Shown: positions 18,505 through 28,636, numbered from the stretch's first letter. The stretch: 64,000 nucleotides of DNA from Abditibacteriota bacterium (GCA_942493375.1 OW818698.1:6255465-6319464), one strand, 5' to 3'. Notes: generated by a model from the sequence alone, not told the origin. Program-made: numbers and translations.

Positions 18505-19076
18505 TTCCTGTCCACCTCCGTGGTCAGTGGGAAGATTATCCCCTTGAGAGACAACCGCAAGTTAGCTGTTGCGCGGGACTGGTGAGCTTTTACAGCCCCT
18601 ACTGAGCACTCCAGTGCATCTGCGATCTCTGTGATAGACATCAATCGATAGTGTCTCAGCACAAACACTATTCTCTGCTTTTCAGGTAGATGGTCAACTG
18701 CCGTGCGTATTATACGGCTCTGGTCCATCCGCAATGTGATCTCTTCAGGCTGGTCAACATCCGGTCCCTGGAGTCTGTCCCAGTCCTCATCAGTCAATTC
18801 TGATGGTGCATTCTTATGTCGGCGACGGCGGTCTATGCAGTGGTTCAAGCAGACTCTATATAGCCAGGCGCTGAGATTGTCAGTAGGAGACATCCCGGGC
18901 AGCGTCTTGTGGAGTCTTATGAAGACCTCCTGCACAGCATCGACTGCATCTTCCCGATTGTGCATAACACCCCAGGCCAGAGCAAAAACCTTGTTGGCGT
19001 GCAGGGACATCAGGCGGTCAAACGCCTCACTTTCCCCCCTCTGGAACCTGGAAATCAGGACTTCGTCATTCGGCAT
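18501..19076 (-). CDS. ECF-family RNA polymerase sigma factor (sigma-70 regions 2 and 4)
   Basis: 191 aa. Region 2 is FDRLMSLHANKVFALAWGVM...AVQEVFIRL. Region 4 HTH is SITEIADALECSVGAVKAHQSRA. Confidence 0.8.
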   Translation of the reverse strand: MPNDEVLISRFQRGESEAFDRLMSLHANKVFALAWGVMHNREDAVDAVQEVFIRLHKTLPGMSPTDNLSAWLYRVCLNHCIDRRRRHKNAPSELTDEDWDRLQGPDVDQPEEITLRMDQSRIIRTAVDHLPEKQRIVFVLRHYRLMSITEIADALECSVGAVKAHQSRATANLRLSLKGIIFPLTTEVDRK

Positions 19077-19199
19077 AATCGACGTGCTATATTCCTTTTT
19101 AAGTGATGTACAACATCATCTCGTTCGTGCTATATATAATAACGCTATCCAGCATGAAAAGTTACGTGGGTATTTAATAATATCTCAGGATGAGGTGGT

Positions 19200-19362
19200 G
19201 GAGCTGCGGAGAAACCTTGTCATTCTTAACGCTAACTTTGTCATTCTGAACGCAGTGAAGAATCTGCTGTTCCGGATACCTCACATACCCATAACAGCAG
19301 ATTCTTCGTTCCTCAGAATGACACTGGGGACGGCAGGCTGGAAGCCTGCACCACAATTCAGC
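19200..19362. repeat. Family-2 palindromic repeat (GTCATTCTGA...CAGCAGATTCTTCGTTCCTCAGAATGACA plus GGACGGCAGGCTGGAAGCCTGCACCACAAT module)
   Basis: Long imperfect inverted repeat plus a 7-bp-stem hairpin. Related copy at 53411-53552. Confidence 0.6.
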
Positions 19363-19377
19363 CTGTAAATACTGGAC

Positions 19378-20748
19378 TCAGTTATTTAAGCTGGTAAGAG
19401 GGGCTGGGATTCGGCCTCCCATTCTTACGAAGTCGGGTGATGCCGGACACTGGATCTGCATTATGGGGCTTTCTCCGAACAGGCCTCCGAATACCGCTCT
19501 GTCTCCAACACTCTTTCCTGGGACTGGAATAAGCCGCACGGAAGTAGTCTTGCGGTTGATGACTCCAATAGCGAGTTCGTCCATTGCGATACCTGTCAGT
19601 GTCTCAGCTGTAGTGTCACCGGGCAGGACTATCATATCCAGTCCTACAGAGCAGACACTTGTCATAGCTTCCAGCTTTTCGAGAGAGAGGCTGCCATTTT
19701 CTACTGCTTTGGCCAGTGTTGAGTCTTCGGCAACCGGTATAAAGGCACCGGAGAGACCTCCGACCGATGAGGATGCAAATGCTCCACCTTTTTTGACGGC
19801 GTCATTCAGCATCGCAAGTGCAGCGGTAGTGCCAGGACCTCCGATGGCGCTGATGCCCATGGCTTCAAAAATCTCTCCCACACTGTCACCAATAGCCGGG
19901 GTGGGGGCCAGCGAGAGGTCAACAATTCCAAACTGCGCGCCGATGGCTTGTGCTACTTCGCGTCCGATGAGTTCTCCACATCTGGTGACTCTGAAAGCGG
20001 TGCTCTTGATCTCTTCAGCAACGCTGCCAAGGTCGCAGGATGCATTTCTCGCTCTAAGGCGTTCAATGGCTCTCTTGACCACACCAGGGCCACTGACGCC
20101 GATGTTGATTACTGTCTCAGGTTCGCCGATGCCTTTGTAGGCGCCAGCCATAAATGGGTTGTCTTCAGGCATGTTGGCGAACACACTCAGCTTTGCGCAT
20201 CCGAATCCGTCAGCATGTGCAGTCCTTTGTGCGGTATCCAGCCATATCTGGCCAAGCAGCAGGAGGGCGTCTACGTTAATACCAGCTTTGGTGCTGGCAG
20301 CGTTGACTGATGCACACACCCTGCTGGTCTCGGATAGGACAACCGGCAGCGTCTCAATAAGAGCCTTATCAGCATTTGTCATGCCTTTTTGGACTAGAGC
20401 AGAGTATCCGCCGATGATATCCATACCGGCTTCTCCAGCAGCTTCATCCATAACATGGGCAAACTTTATAAAGTCATCAATACCGTGTCCAGCCAGCACG
20501 TTTGCAATAGGACTCACTGCTATACGCTTGTTGATGATAGGTATGCCATATCTTCTTGATATCTGTCTGCAGGCTTCAAGCAGGGGGACACCGTGACGGA
20601 TGATCTTCTCGCGAGCCATACTGCAGACTTTATCTATGTTTCTGTCGGTGCAGTCGAATAAGTCAAGGCCCATTGTAACTGCTCTAACATCCAGGTGCTC
20701 GTTCTGGAGCATCTCAATAGTCTGGAGGATATCGTCCTGTCCAATCAT
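19378..20748 (-). CDS. UPF0210 (DUF711) family protein
   Basis: 456 aa with an N-terminus (ILQTIEMLQNEHLDVRAVTMGLDLFDC) typical of UPF0210. It is paired with an upstream ACT-domain gene, as in other genomes. Confidence 0.6.
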   Translation of the reverse strand: MIGQDDILQTIEMLQNEHLDVRAVTMGLDLFDCTDRNIDKVCSMAREKIIRHGVPLLEACRQISRRYGIPIINKRIAVSPIANVLAGHGIDDFIKFAHVMDEAAGEAGMDIIGGYSALVQKGMTNADKALIETLPVVLSETSRVCASVNAASTKAGINVDALLLLGQIWLDTAQRTAHADGFGCAKLSVFANMPEDNPFMAGAYKGIGEPETVINIGVSGPGVVKRAIERLRARNASCDLGSVAEEIKSTAFRVTRCGELIGREVAQAIGAQFGIVDLSLAPTPAIGDSVGEIFEAMGISAIGGPGTTAALAMLNDAVKKGGAFASSSVGGLSGAFIPVAEDSTLAKAVENGSLSLEKLEAMTSVCSVGLDMIVLPGDTTAETLTGIAMDELAIGVINRKTTSVRLIPVPGKSVGDRAVFGGLFGESPIMQIQCPASPDFVRMGGRIPAPLTSLNN

Positions 20749-21329
20749 CTTGACACCTGCCCTGCTGAACTACCAAGCTGATTAACAGGGGCTACATCGC
20801 TGGTCGCTCTAAAAATATTCTCGTGCTGGAAATGCACCAGGAATCCCATATCCTTGCCCATCTCTTCCAGGCTGGTCTGAACTGATTCGACATCGGTACC
20901 GATAGGTACAGAGACATGGGCCAGCATCAGGAACCGGTCGTGTGTAACATACGCATAAAGGTCATCTATGTTTGTCCCGTGCCCAGCCAGCACATCAGCA
21001 GCTTCTGCTATGACTCCGGCTTTGTCATTCCCGGTGATACTGAGCATATATCTTTCGCATTCTGTATCAGTGGGTACGTGTGTCTCGACAAAAGGCCTGA
21101 CATTGACTTCAAACTCTCCGACATCACCGGAACGTTCAACTGCCTGACGGATTGCAAGCTGGGGGGTATCGTCCGGCATCTGGACAGAGAATATCAGGGT
21201 GAAATACCCACGCATGACCGTCTGGCTGACATTGGTAATGTTGCCTCCGGAGTTTGAAAGAGCCCGACTCACATCGCGAATAATGCCGACTCTATCGATA
21301 GCCATAACCGTTACTACGTAATTTATCAA
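20745..21329 (-). CDS. Tandem ACT-domain protein (UPF0237-like), in an operon with UPF0210
   Basis: Two ACT-like halves (VTVMAIDRVGIIRDVSRAL... and LSITGNDKAGVIAEAADVLAGHG...). 4-nt overlap with the downstream gene. Confidence 0.55.
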   Translation of the reverse strand: MINYVVTVMAIDRVGIIRDVSRALSNSGGNITNVSQTVMRGYFTLIFSVQMPDDTPQLAIRQAVERSGDVGEFEVNVRPFVETHVPTDTECERYMLSITGNDKAGVIAEAADVLAGHGTNIDDLYAYVTHDRFLMLAHVSVPIGTDVESVQTSLEEMGKDMGFLVHFQHENIFRATSDVAPVNQLGSSAGQVSR

Positions 21330-21490
21330 ATTATTATATCCTTATATAGCTTAATACGTGGTAGAAATACGTAAAGCATCTTGTTAAATATCAGCTTATG
21401 TATCGGTGACTCACGTTTTACCGACTCGCTTATTATATCACGCGAGTATGCGAATCAAAAAACACCGGTTGTCGTTGGAGGTAGTGAAAA

Positions 21491-22138
21491 GTGAGACATA
21501 TAAGGATATATCTATGCATAGTCCTGGTCGTATTAATGGCAGTTCCGGCGTATGCATGCTATACCGGAATGAATTTGATCCCGACTGTCGACATGGTAGG
21601 ACAAAGAACACTGCGCCTGGACTTACAGATTGAAGGCAAGACTGATGGTCTCCAGGCTGATACCTGGATACTAAACAGCCAATATGGTATATCGGATCAG
21701 CTGGAGTTTGGTATAGACCATGATTTCAGTGACGGAGCCAGCCCGCGCAATATGCTGAACGTCAAATACCTGATTCCTGCTTCCAATACATTGAAAATGC
21801 CGATATCGTTAGGTGTCTGTAATATAGCAGACAGTACCAAAGCTGATCTATATGCTGTGACAGCATACCAGGCAGATTTTGCCAGGCTTCACTTTGGTTA
21901 CGGTAGATTGGACAGTGAAGATGAGTGGTTCGTCGGGGCGGATAAGACAATAAGTGGTTATACATTGATGGCTGAGTATATGCATGGCCAGCCAAACTCG
22001 CTGACACTGGGTGCCTCATATAACCTCAGTCCATACGTTTCGCTCTCAGCAAGTTATGAGCACCCGAACGACGACAGCAGCGACAGGTTCATTATGTATT
22101 TTGGATACTCGTTGCTTATCGGTGGTAAGTCCGAGTAG
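21491..22138 (+). CDS. Outer-membrane beta-barrel protein (hypothetical)
   Basis: Signal peptide, alternating amphipathic beta-strands, and an aromatic-rich C-terminus (FIMYFGYSLLIGG). Confidence 0.4.
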   Translation: MRHIRIYLCIVLVVLMAVPAYACYTGMNLIPTVDMVGQRTLRLDLQIEGKTDGLQADTWILNSQYGISDQLEFGIDHDFSDGASPRNMLNVKYLIPASNTLKMPISLGVCNIADSTKADLYAVTAYQADFARLHFGYGRLDSEDEWFVGADKTISGYTLMAEYMHGQPNSLTLGASYNLSPYVSLSASYEHPNDDSSDRFIMYFGYSLLIGGKSE

Positions 22139-22237
22139 AGATACTACACCAAGACCAGTGCTTGTTCAAGGATGGACAAGACTACCTGGTATAAACATAG
22201 ACTCCCAGTTCATGGATGAACCGGGAGTCTATATGCT

Positions 22238-25200
22238 TTATGACAGACTCTTGCTGGATGGTTGGAGGCTCTCTTCTATTTGGTGATCTGGTCTCTTTTT
22301 ACCGTTACCACCGCTCCATCGATCCAGATGTTTTCGGGCATGGGCCTTAGTATGCTCAAGCGCCATATATACTGCCGGCAAGACAAGCAGTGTGAAGAGT
22401 GTTGATGTTACAAGGCCACCAACCATGACTATTGCCAGAGGCTTTTCGATTTCTGCGCCAACGCCTCCGCTGAGAAGAATGGGCAGTAGTCCGAGAGCTG
22501 CGCAGGATGCGGTCATTAGTTTTGGCCTCAACCTTTGAACACTTGCAAGCCGAATCGCTTGTTCTCTGGTATATCCTTCGGCGATGAAGTCACTGGTCTG
22601 GGTAAGTAGAACCAGACTGTTTTGGACTGCAATACCAAACAGTGCTATAAACCCTACTGCTGATGATACATTCAGACTCTCACCGGCAATGAGCAATGAT
22701 GCAACGCCTCCGATGAAAGCACTTGGGACAGTGGCCAGGATTATACCAGCATGGCTTGCTGAGTTGAGCGCCAGAAAGAGAAGCATAAACACTACTGCCA
22801 ATGCTATCACTGTTGCCAGCATTAGCGATTTCATTGCCCTCTGCTGGTTCTGGAATTGTCCGCCAAATACTACATAGTAATCAGCCGGAAGCTCAATGCT
22901 CTTGAGATCCTGTTTGATATCGGTAACTACACTTCCGAGGTCTCGTCCCTGTATGCTTGCATCTATGCTGAAGCGTCGGTTCATTGCTTCACGCATTATT
23001 ACATTGGGCCCTTCAGAGAGTGTTACACTTGCTACCTGTGAGAGTGGAATCTGGCCACCAGACGGCATATCCACCATCAGATTTTTGATAGAGTCGATAT
23101 CTCCACGCATCTCATCAGGGAACCTTACAAATACACCATAGCTGCGCTGGTTCTTCCAGACTTGTGTGAGTTCCTCTCCGCCGATAGCCAGCCTGACAAT
23201 CTCGGAGACCTGTCCTACGGATACACCATATCTGGCTGCTGCCTGCCGGTCGATTTGTATTTGAACTTGTGGTATACCGGCTGTCTGGTCCATCTTTACA
23301 TCTGCTACTCCACGAGTCTTTAGCATGATCTCTTCGATCTGTTTGCCTTTTTGTGCAAGCACCTGAATGTCAGGGCCGAATAACTTGACCTGCAGTGGAG
23401 CAGGAGTGCCTTCCAAACTTTCGTTAATCTTGTTTTGTAATGGTTGAGTAAATGCTGTTGCGACGCCCGGAATGCGTTCGATTTGCTCCCTGATCTCAGA
23501 GAGTATCTGATCAGCCGGTTTAGTGAGTTTATCCCTCGATTTTAGGTTGACGAACATTTCCCCCGAGTTTACCGGCAGCACGCATCCGATAGCTCTTTCA
23601 GAACGGCCATTCCGTCTGATAACCTCCAGGATATTGGGGTTCTTAATCAATATTTGTTCGATCTGAGTGGTAATGCGGTTATTCTCTTCAAGAGATGTTT
23701 CAGCTGGTGTGCTGGTAGAGATAAACCATGAGCCTTCATCAAGACGGGGCATAAAGTCGCGTCCAAGCATCATCACGCCTAACGCTGTTGGTATCAGCAG
23801 TCCAAAAGCTATACCAATAACGATCCATCGATGATGAAGTGCATATTCCAGAGCTGGAACATAGCCTTTCTTTATCCACTTGACGAACTTTACCTCGCCT
23901 TCAGCATCCTCTCCAGCTTTGGGGTGCAGTAGTCGGTTTGCCAGTATTGGAGTAAACGTGAGGGAGAGAACAAGCGCTACAAGCATTGCCGCAGCAACAG
24001 TGATGGCGAGTGGACGGAACAGAAGCCCTTCTATCCCACCCATCAGGAATAGTGGCAGGAACACAGCAATGATGATCAGCGTAGCGAAAGCGATAGGACG
24101 GCCGACCTCAATGGAAGCCTTTCGAGCAACTCTCTCCTTTGCCTGTGGGTCTTCCATATCTTCGCGGTTCTTGTGGAAGCGGTGGTATATGTTTTCGACC
24201 ATAATGATAGATGCGTCTACCATTATTCCGACAGCAATTGCGAGTCCACCCAGAGACATTGTATTTAGACCAATGCCGAATTGCTGCATGATTATGCCGG
24301 CAATCATGACTGAAAGCGGTAAGGAAGCAGCTACAATAATGGTGCTTCTGAAGTGACCCAGGAACACCAGCAGTACAACTATGACCAACACAGCGCCAAT
24401 AAGAATAGCCCTGGTAACACTGGTAAGTGAGTCCTTAATCAGATGGGTCTGATCATAATATGGGCTGAGACGGACACCTTTGGGCAGTGTCGGTCGCATA
24501 TCTTCAATGGCTTTTTCTATGCCTTCAACCACTTTGACCGTGTCAGCGTTGGGTTGCTTGATGACGAGGGCAACGACGGTCTCCTTGCCATTTTTACTGG
24601 CGATACCTCTTCGGATAGCAGTGCTTTCCTCTACATCAGCAATATCCCCCAGGAAGAGTGGAACGCCATTGTTTTCGGCAACCATCGTGTCTTTGATATC
24701 ATCAAGTGATGTGAAACGACCGATACCACGGACGGTGTATTCGGTAGGGCCGGTGCTTATAAAACCGCCTGCTGCATTTTCATTACCTCCCTTGACAGCA
24801 TCCTCGATGTCTGCAAGTTTGACTTTATACGTCCGCAGTTTATATGGGTCGATGGTTACCCTGTACTGCTTCATGCTTCCGCCCATGTTTAATACTTCGG
24901 CGACTCCGGGAACTGTCAGCAGATTATAGCGCACCTGCCATTCTGCGATTTCACGCATCTCTGCAGCCGGTAGATCACCCTCTATTGCTAGTTCATAGAC
25001 TTCAGCGAGTCTTGTTGTTGCACTACTCAAAGTGGGCGGTTCTGTCCCTGGAGGAAGCTGTCCGGCTACCTGTGACATACGCTCAGTCACAAATTGACGG
25101 GCTCTCCAGAACTCGGTTTCTATGTCGAATTCTACTACGACCGATGAGAGTCCCTGTGTGGTCTGGCTCCTGATCCTGCGGACACCAGGGAGCCCGTTCA

Positions 25201-25438
25201 TTGCGGACTCCATTGGCCGGGTGATCATCATCTCTATCTCTTCAGCGGCCATTGCTTCATTTTCGGTCACTATTGTAAAGACCGGAATAGTAATATCCGG
25301 ATACACATTCCTGGGCATCTGCTGGTAAGCTATAATGCCAAAGACAAGCGCAAGCGCTACCAGCATCATCACAATCGCCTTCTGCTTGAAGGAGGAATGG
25401 ATGATTTTATCAATCAGACTTCCGTGAGTTGAATCCAT
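22238..25438 (-). CDS. RND heavy-metal efflux pump, CzcA/CusA family (HME-RND)
   Basis: 1066 aa, 12 TM helices. N-terminal signature AIVMMLVALALVFGIIAYQQMP...DIETEFWRARQFV is typical of CzcA/CusA. Confidence 0.85.
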   Translation of the reverse strand: MDSTHGSLIDKIIHSSFKQKAIVMMLVALALVFGIIAYQQMPRNVYPDITIPVFTIVTENEAMAAEEIEMMITRPMESAMNGLPGVRRIRSQTTQGLSSVVVEFDIETEFWRARQFVTERMSQVAGQLPPGTEPPTLSSATTRLAEVYELAIEGDLPAAEMREIAEWQVRYNLLTVPGVAEVLNMGGSMKQYRVTIDPYKLRTYKVKLADIEDAVKGGNENAAGGFISTGPTEYTVRGIGRFTSLDDIKDTMVAENNGVPLFLGDIADVEESTAIRRGIASKNGKETVVALVIKQPNADTVKVVEGIEKAIEDMRPTLPKGVRLSPYYDQTHLIKDSLTSVTRAILIGAVLVIVVLLVFLGHFRSTIIVAASLPLSVMIAGIIMQQFGIGLNTMSLGGLAIAVGIMVDASIIMVENIYHRFHKNREDMEDPQAKERVARKASIEVGRPIAFATLIIIAVFLPLFLMGGIEGLLFRPLAITVAAAMLVALVLSLTFTPILANRLLHPKAGEDAEGEVKFVKWIKKGYVPALEYALHHRWIVIGIAFGLLIPTALGVMMLGRDFMPRLDEGSWFISTSTPAETSLEENNRITTQIEQILIKNPNILEVIRRNGRSERAIGCVLPVNSGEMFVNLKSRDKLTKPADQILSEIREQIERIPGVATAFTQPLQNKINESLEGTPAPLQVKLFGPDIQVLAQKGKQIEEIMLKTRGVADVKMDQTAGIPQVQIQIDRQAAARYGVSVGQVSEIVRLAIGGEELTQVWKNQRSYGVFVRFPDEMRGDIDSIKNLMVDMPSGGQIPLSQVASVTLSEGPNVIMREAMNRRFSIDASIQGRDLGSVVTDIKQDLKSIELPADYYVVFGGQFQNQQRAMKSLMLATVIALAVVFMLLFLALNSASHAGIILATVPSAFIGGVASLLIAGESLNVSSAVGFIALFGIAVQNSLVLLTQTSDFIAEGYTREQAIRLASVQRLRPKLMTASCAALGLLPILLSGGVGAEIEKPLAIVMVGGLVTSTLFTLLVLPAVYMALEHTKAHARKHLDRWSGGNGKKRPDHQIEESLQPSSKSLS

Positions 25439-25447
25439 AGTTTCCTC

Positions 25448-26998
25448 CTAATGTGCGTCGGCGCATCCGGCGCTCAGTTGTCCTGAACCCATTGCGGTCT
25501 TGAGTTGAAACGCGCCAACAGTCACTACTTCGGTGTTTGGAGAAATACCACTCAGTACCTCAATGCGGTCTCCATGAACAGGTCCTGTTGTTACTTCGGC
25601 TCTGTCATATTCACCACAGGCGCTTGGTCCGTTTTTTATATCCTCCGGGCATTCGGTGCAAGTTGTAAAGACAATCTTTTTGCCCGCATCGTCAAGAATA
25701 GCTTGCCTGGGAATAAGTAATGTGCTGCCCCTTTTGCTGGTAATGAGTGATATCCTGGCGAACATTTCACCTCTGAGCATCCCTTGTGTATTTGAGACAA
25801 CACATCGAATCTTGGCTGTGCGGGAATCTGAACTCAGGAAATCATCGATGGAATCCACCCGACCACGAAATACCTTGTTGGGATATGTGTCCACACGGAT
25901 TTCGACAGGTTGTCCTTTTCGTACACGAGCAAGGTCTTTTTCGTATATGTCTGATTCAATCCACACTTGATTGAGGTTTGCTACGGTGAAGAGTGGGCTT
26001 TCCGGAGATGCCATCTCCCCGATATTGGTGTGGCGTGAGATTATGCGTCCGGAAACCGGTGACACGACAGTGATGTTTTCACCTGTGCCGGACGGACTAG
26101 CGCCAAGGATTTTGATCCTGTCTATAGCTGCCTGCACATCAATGCGTGCTCCAGCGATATCATTTTTTACAGTCTGTAGAGACCGCAGGTCAATAGCTTT
26201 ACTGTGGTAGACTTTTTCTTCTCTAGCAAGATATTGTTTTGATATCTCAACTTTTGACTGCGCTTTTTCGATTCTGGCTTCTGCTTGAGTTACTTTTGAC
26301 TGCGCTGTATCTACCAGAGCTGAGTCTCTTTTATATTCAGCCTCAGCGGTTTCTAAATCGTGTTTGGATACTATTTTGCTTACATACAACTCTTTTGTTC
26401 TATCGAGCCTGGATTTACATTGAAGAAGTTCACTCTGCTCACGGACGAGTTCACTCTTAGCCTGTGCGAGCTCACTTTTAGCATCTGCAAGCTCTCCCTG
26501 TGCTGTTAGGCTCTCAGAACGTGCTTCTTCAACCGGCCTTGTACTATTTGCACCCAGTTCAACGATGCGCAACTCACGTGCATAATTGTTCTCAGCTGCT
26601 TTGAGTTTTGAAAGAGCCTGGCGGTATTGTGATCTTGCTTCTGCTAGTTCGATACTGGAAATTACCGCCAGCACTTGTCCGCGGCTGACTATGTCACCAA
26701 TAGTCCCACGGGCGGAGACTACTTTACCTGCAATCCTTGGTGTTATTTTAACCATACGGTCAGGAGGCACTGTCACTTTTCCGGTTGCGGAGATGATATC
26801 CCATCCCTCTCCCATTACGGCAACGGCCGTTTGAAGCCCGGCAATCTTTTCCTTTTCAGGCTGGCTGGCGTCTGTCACTTCATTTTCGGTATGTGTAGTT
26901 TCTATAGGGAGCGACTTGGACTTATTCATTACTGCATATGTAATACCCACCGAAACCAGGGCTACTATTATAACTGTGACCGGTGTTTTTATATTCAT
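25448..26998 (-). CDS. RND membrane fusion (periplasmic adaptor) protein, CzcB/HlyD family, with a long coiled-coil hairpin and a Cys-containing C-terminal extension
   Basis: The order is lipoyl/beta-barrel/MP domains. The coiled-coil segment is AELAEARSQYRQALSKLKAAENNYAREL.... 9 nt separate it from the RND gene. Confidence 0.8.
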   Translation of the reverse strand: MNIKTPVTVIIVALVSVGITYAVMNKSKSLPIETTHTENEVTDASQPEKEKIAGLQTAVAVMGEGWDIISATGKVTVPPDRMVKITPRIAGKVVSARGTIGDIVSRGQVLAVISSIELAEARSQYRQALSKLKAAENNYARELRIVELGANSTRPVEEARSESLTAQGELADAKSELAQAKSELVREQSELLQCKSRLDRTKELYVSKIVSKHDLETAEAEYKRDSALVDTAQSKVTQAEARIEKAQSKVEISKQYLAREEKVYHSKAIDLRSLQTVKNDIAGARIDVQAAIDRIKILGASPSGTGENITVVSPVSGRIISRHTNIGEMASPESPLFTVANLNQVWIESDIYEKDLARVRKGQPVEIRVDTYPNKVFRGRVDSIDDFLSSDSRTAKIRCVVSNTQGMLRGEMFARISLITSKRGSTLLIPRQAILDDAGKKIVFTTCTECPEDIKNGPSACGEYDRAEVTTGPVHGDRIEVLSGISPNTEVVTVGAFQLKTAMGSGQLSAGCADAH

Positions 26999-28253
26999 TT
27001 CTTAACCTCCGTTGCGGTAGTATTGGTTAATCCAGACCCTGTGGCCCACTCAAGCTGTGCGATTGACTTCGCATGGTCTGCCAGCGCTGTGAAATATTCT
27101 GTTTTGATACTACGAAGGGTTCGTTGAGCTTCCAATACTTCCAGGTAACTGGTTGCGCCTTTTTCATAACCTGTTTGAGCCATCTGCGCGAGTTCATCGG
27201 ATTTATCCATAATGCCCCCTTGATACTCGCGTACTTTATCTGTGAAGATGTCTCCACTTGAAGGATGGCTTGCTCTACATCTAGTGATATATCATTTTTA
27301 ACAGATTCAAGCTGCTTCTCATGGCTTTGCGTGGTGATTGCAGCCTGTTTCTTGTCTGCCTTTACAGATCCCCAGTCGAATATTGGGAGAGTAATGACGA
27401 GTGCGATCCCACAGTTGGTATTTGAATTAAATGTCTCGGTTCTGGCTTGAACGGCAATATCCGGAGAGTTTTTGATCTGTATTGCGCGAATTTCTTGTCT
27501 GCTTGCATCTGCTTGTGCTTTAGATGAAGCGATTTCGGGCCTTTGAGTATGTGCAAGGGTGCGGAGCTGTTCTCGGTCGATAGGTGTGGTTGAGAATGTG
27601 AGTCGGTCTATTGCTGTTAACTCCTGATCCATTGAGCGGTTCATTAGTGAATTCAGGCTGGCTTTTGCCTGAGTTAATGCTAGTTGTGCCTGTGAGAGTT
27701 CCTGTCTGGATTTGGCATGTTCAACATCAGTTTTGATAAGTTGTGAACCAGGGACTGTTCCGACATCATACTGTTTCTGAACTGCCGCACGGAGAGTCTC
27801 TAGATATACTAGATTTGCCTGGTTTAATTGGACTAGTTCCTGTGCTTTTGCGATGTCCCAATATGCTTGCTTTACGCGCAGGATCAGGTCTTGCCTGATG
27901 GACGCTGCATCGAAAGATGCAGCAGTTGCCTGGAATGCAGCTATCTCCTCACGTGTCTTTCTTGCACCATTGAGTTCCAATGGTTGGGATATAAATATTG
28001 CTGAATCCGACCCAGCGGTTCCAATTAGATTTGGCGCAACACTGATTTCAGGATTAGTTAAGGCTCTTGCGCCTTTTATAGTTTGTTTTGCAGCATCAGC
28101 AGATAGCATTCCGGATGCAACTGCGGGATTGTGTTTCAGTGCTAATTCGACGGACTGACTTAGTGACAATTCATCTGCTGTTACAGTATTACTGGACAGA
28201 AACAGGCAGACGAATGCCATCAGCACCCATCGAATAGGGTTCATAGTAACCAT
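26995..28253 (-). pseudogene. TolC-like outer-membrane efflux protein (CzcC-like), apparently disrupted by a -1 frameshift near 27205-27215
   Basis: The 408-aa ORF carries the OEP N-terminus and first repeat, then turns to nonsense after ...IKYASIKGAL. The 71-aa ORF in another frame carries the OEP C-terminal helix MDKSDELAQMAQTGYEKGATSYLEVLEAQRTLRSIK. Confidence 0.6.
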
Positions 28254-28354
28254 TGATACCTCACGTATTAAATTAGTAAATATTGATTGGGATAATGTGT
28301 GCAGACGTACTGAAGTGATACACGTCGTCTGCGTTAGTTGGCTTAAGGTAGGAG

Positions 28355-28606
28355 CTATATTGCAGATTCTGGGGGTTGAAAGACATCATCTGGAGCGAAA
28401 TGAGGAATAGTGGAGTTATGAACAGGTGAGTATGCGAAGTGGATAAGATCAGTATTCATCAAGTATGTGCCAATCAGGACAATGTGACTGCACGTCATTG
28501 CACACTCTCCATCGTCGCAATCACAATGGCAGTCAGCAACTACTGCACTACATACGAGTAGCAATATGATCACTATTAACTTGATAAATCTGGTCTGGTT
28601 CATCAT
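28355..28606 (-). CDS. Small secreted Cys/His-rich peptide (candidate periplasmic metal-binding protein) leading the efflux operon
   Basis: 83 aa with a signal peptide (LIVIILLLVCSAVVA) and the motif DCHCDCDDGECAMTCSH. It lies 100 bp upstream of the OEP gene on the same strand. Confidence 0.4.
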   Translation of the reverse strand: MMNQTRFIKLIVIILLLVCSAVVADCHCDCDDGECAMTCSHIVLIGTYLMNTDLIHFAYSPVHNSTIPHFAPDDVFQPPESAI

Positions 28607-28636
28607 TTTTTACTTATATTATATCCTAATGGATAA

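Noticed and set aside
22584-25328. Multiple plus-strand ORFs of 60-160 aa
   Set aside because: All are antisense to the 1066-aa RND pump gene.
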